Assembly: GCA_013239625.1 (NCBI GenBank)
Contig: MU054391.1
Span: 310,001-374,000, forward strand
Length of the DNA stretch: 64,000 nucleotides
Source of the DNA: Lama guanicoe
Taxonomy: Eukaryota
Direction of reading: 5' to 3'
The position numbers and the translations under genes were made by a program. Below are positions 61,601 to 64,000 of the stretch, in pieces; position 1 is the first letter of the stretch; each line of letters begins with the position of its first letter. The notes under the pieces are model-generated. The model saw only the letters and a program-made list of their open reading frames with translations, was not told the origin of the DNA and searched no databases.

Positions 61601-62869
61601 CTCGAAACTAGACACTTAGTTTGACTGGCTTAACTTCAAAAACAATAACTGAACTTAAATAACCGGACTGTGAGTGGAAGAGAAAAGGAGGCAAGAGCGT
61701 GGAGACGGATGTGAACACCACAGCAGGAGCAGTCTCCTCTCCTCCCTCCAGCGGGCGCTGCGGGTCTCAGTTCAGTTCTGGCTACTTCTCCATGTTTGAT
61801 TTTTAAAATTATTTTAAGTAGCAAATTTTGACTTGCCCGATGGTTTTGAAAGTAGTTACAATTTTTAAATTTTTTTTTATTTCTGGTTTTCCCAAAATGC
61901 GAAGGAACAGATGTCTTAGGGCTGATGCCGCCTTTCCCGATCACGTGCTTGGGACTTCTGCCGTCTTGGTACGAAGGAAACGCTTAATTCAGGTGTGTTC
62001 TAGAACACGAGACTCGGGCTGGAGCGGGTATTTTCAGGGAACAATTTCATGCTGTTAACTTGAAAAAAGTGCTAGGCTGGCTGCATGCACTTGACAAAAT
62101 GCTCCTCTTTAAAAATACGTACAGTGGTAATAGTCCCAGAGACAGTTTGTAATTTCTTTGTTGTGGTAAAAATCTAGCACATTCTGATCTACTTGAGATG
62201 TAAACATGTGTGTGAACCATACGTGGTGAATTCTTTGGTCTAATACCTTTGTTGTCAGGATAACCTGGCATCTCAGAAAAGTGATGTCATTCCATTTAAA
62301 TAGCATGAAAAAATAAGCAGTTATTTTTATCTATATAAAACAGTATTTGGAGACAAGATACATGCTAGAAGCTGTAGAATGTACTTTTCTTTTATGACTG
62401 AGTTGCAAAATAGGATTCCCAGGATGATTACAGTTTATAACAAAAGCCTCCGAAAATAATGCAAAGAATCGTGGTCACGGGTGTGTCTGCTTCCTCATCC
62501 CTTCCCGCCTCCCTCCACCGTGAGAAATGCACGTGGTTATTCCATTTATTATAACTCTTTCTGTGGTGGTAAACGTTGGGAAAGCCTACGGGTTTGCTGT
62601 TAGTAGAATAGAATTAGGCGCTGGAGAACCACTCCACTATCTGGAGTGATAAATCACATTTACATGCAGTAACCAATTACATCAAAAGCAAGAAACAAAA
62701 TGAGACGTATCTCACCGTATTAAGTATGTGAATTAAAATACATGAAGAACATATCGTCTGTTTTTTCACCCACGTGGCAACAAAGACATCCATTGATCGT
62801 GGCAGAGTGAGTGCCTGTGGGAGGGAGAGCACAGACCAGGAACGGAGGACAAGGGGACAAAATAGAAAA

Positions 62870-64000
62870 TGAGGTCATTTATCGTAAATGAAAATGGTCT
62901 AATACACCAACGAAAAGTCAGAGGTTGTCAGAATGAATTTTTTAAGTGACTGAAAGAAGATGTTTAAAGGAAACCCACTTCAAAAATAGTGACACACATA
63001 GGATCAAAATAAAAGGGTGTAGATAAATGGACCAGCACACTTTAATTAAATTTAAATTTAAAAAGCAGGAATTATTGTATCAACATCACATAAAGTAAAC
63101 TTCAGGGCAAAAAGTTACGAGAGACGGAGGTAAATACTACCTCTGGGTAGAAACCTTGGCGGCACAGCAGAAGGCATAGCGACCCTGAGCGCCCGCCACC
63201 AACCAGGGCTTCCACACACAGGAGACCCGCGCCAATACGGAGCTGAGCAAGGAGCACACGGGCCCCACTGGCCAGCGGCAACTTCGCAACAACGGACGCA
63301 GCTCTCAGAAAGTCACCGCAGGCAGAGGGCAGCTGGACACCAGGGGCGGTGGAGCTAAGGGACATTTACTCACGGACACGTCCATCCAGAGTCCACAGAA
63401 CACTCACCAAAATGCACCACGTCTTAGTTCATATGAAAAGCTGAACAATTTTAAAATACTTGAAACCATGCCAAGAGTGTTCTCAGACCAAATGGAATTG
63501 AACTAGAAATCAATAAAATAAAAACAATAAGAAAATCCTTGAAAATAAAAATTAACAGAACATTTTAAAATAATTCATGTGTCAAAGAGAAAATTTCACA
63601 TAAAATAAGAATAAATCAGACAGACATTAATACAAAAGGAAATATGACATTATCAACACCATGGGAAGCAGCTAAGCCAGGCCGAGAGGGGAACGCACAG
63701 CAGGAAATGCTAGCACTCACGAGGGCGACGTCCTTGAACAAACGGGCTGTGCTCCCGGCTCAGGAGAACACAGGAGATAAACCCCATCATGGAAGAGCAA
63801 GGGGGTGGGGCAGAAACCCTAGAGTTGAAAAAAAAGAAATAATACAGATCATCTATGAAACAAACAATTGGTTCTTTTCAAATATTTTTTAAAATGACAA
63901 ACTTCTAGTGAGACAGCAAATGGTAAAAAGAGAAAAGATACAAGCTACCAACGTGAGTGGTGTCACGTCACCGCCACTCACAGGAATCACAAGAATGTAT
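62870..64000 (+). mobile_element. Old L1M ORF2 endonuclease region, running off the window
   Basis: AAATGGTCTAAATACACCAACGAAAAG, TGTTCTCAGACCAAATGGAATTGAACTAGAAATCAATA, and TGAAACAAACAATTGGTTCTTT. Confidence 0.8.

Overview
Mammalian genomic DNA, GC-rich and patchily CpG-rich, in the style of a subtelomeric region. A tRNA-Ala-like SINE resembling Vic-1 at ~29.65 kb suggests a camelid (camel/alpaca/llama). The only protein-coding gene I can support is TMEM18 on the minus strand: 5 coding exons at 48453-48397, 47713-47593, 45493-45439, 44123-44030 and 43949-43860, all GT-AG, giving 417 nt = 138 aa + stop. It has a CpG-island promoter with four TCTCGCG motifs and an ERV1-like solo LTR just upstream. 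The ~43 kb downstream and ~15 kb upstream are non-coding. They contain old L1M, L2, MIR, MLT1, MER21 and hAT-Charlie relics, microsatellites, two assembly gaps and several orphan CpG islands. Nearly all listed ORFs are GC-content artefacts. I see no convincing new gene system. The most unusual signal is window-wide A/T-to-G/C remodelling: a CpG island sits in place of the expected segment of an old L1 ORF2, other old repeats have gained CpG, CACGTG is in excess, and TMEM18 exon 5 has 100% GC3 with a Lys-poor, Arg-rich tail. Repeat family names and comparisons to human sequences are from memory, not from a database search. Repeat boundaries are approximate.
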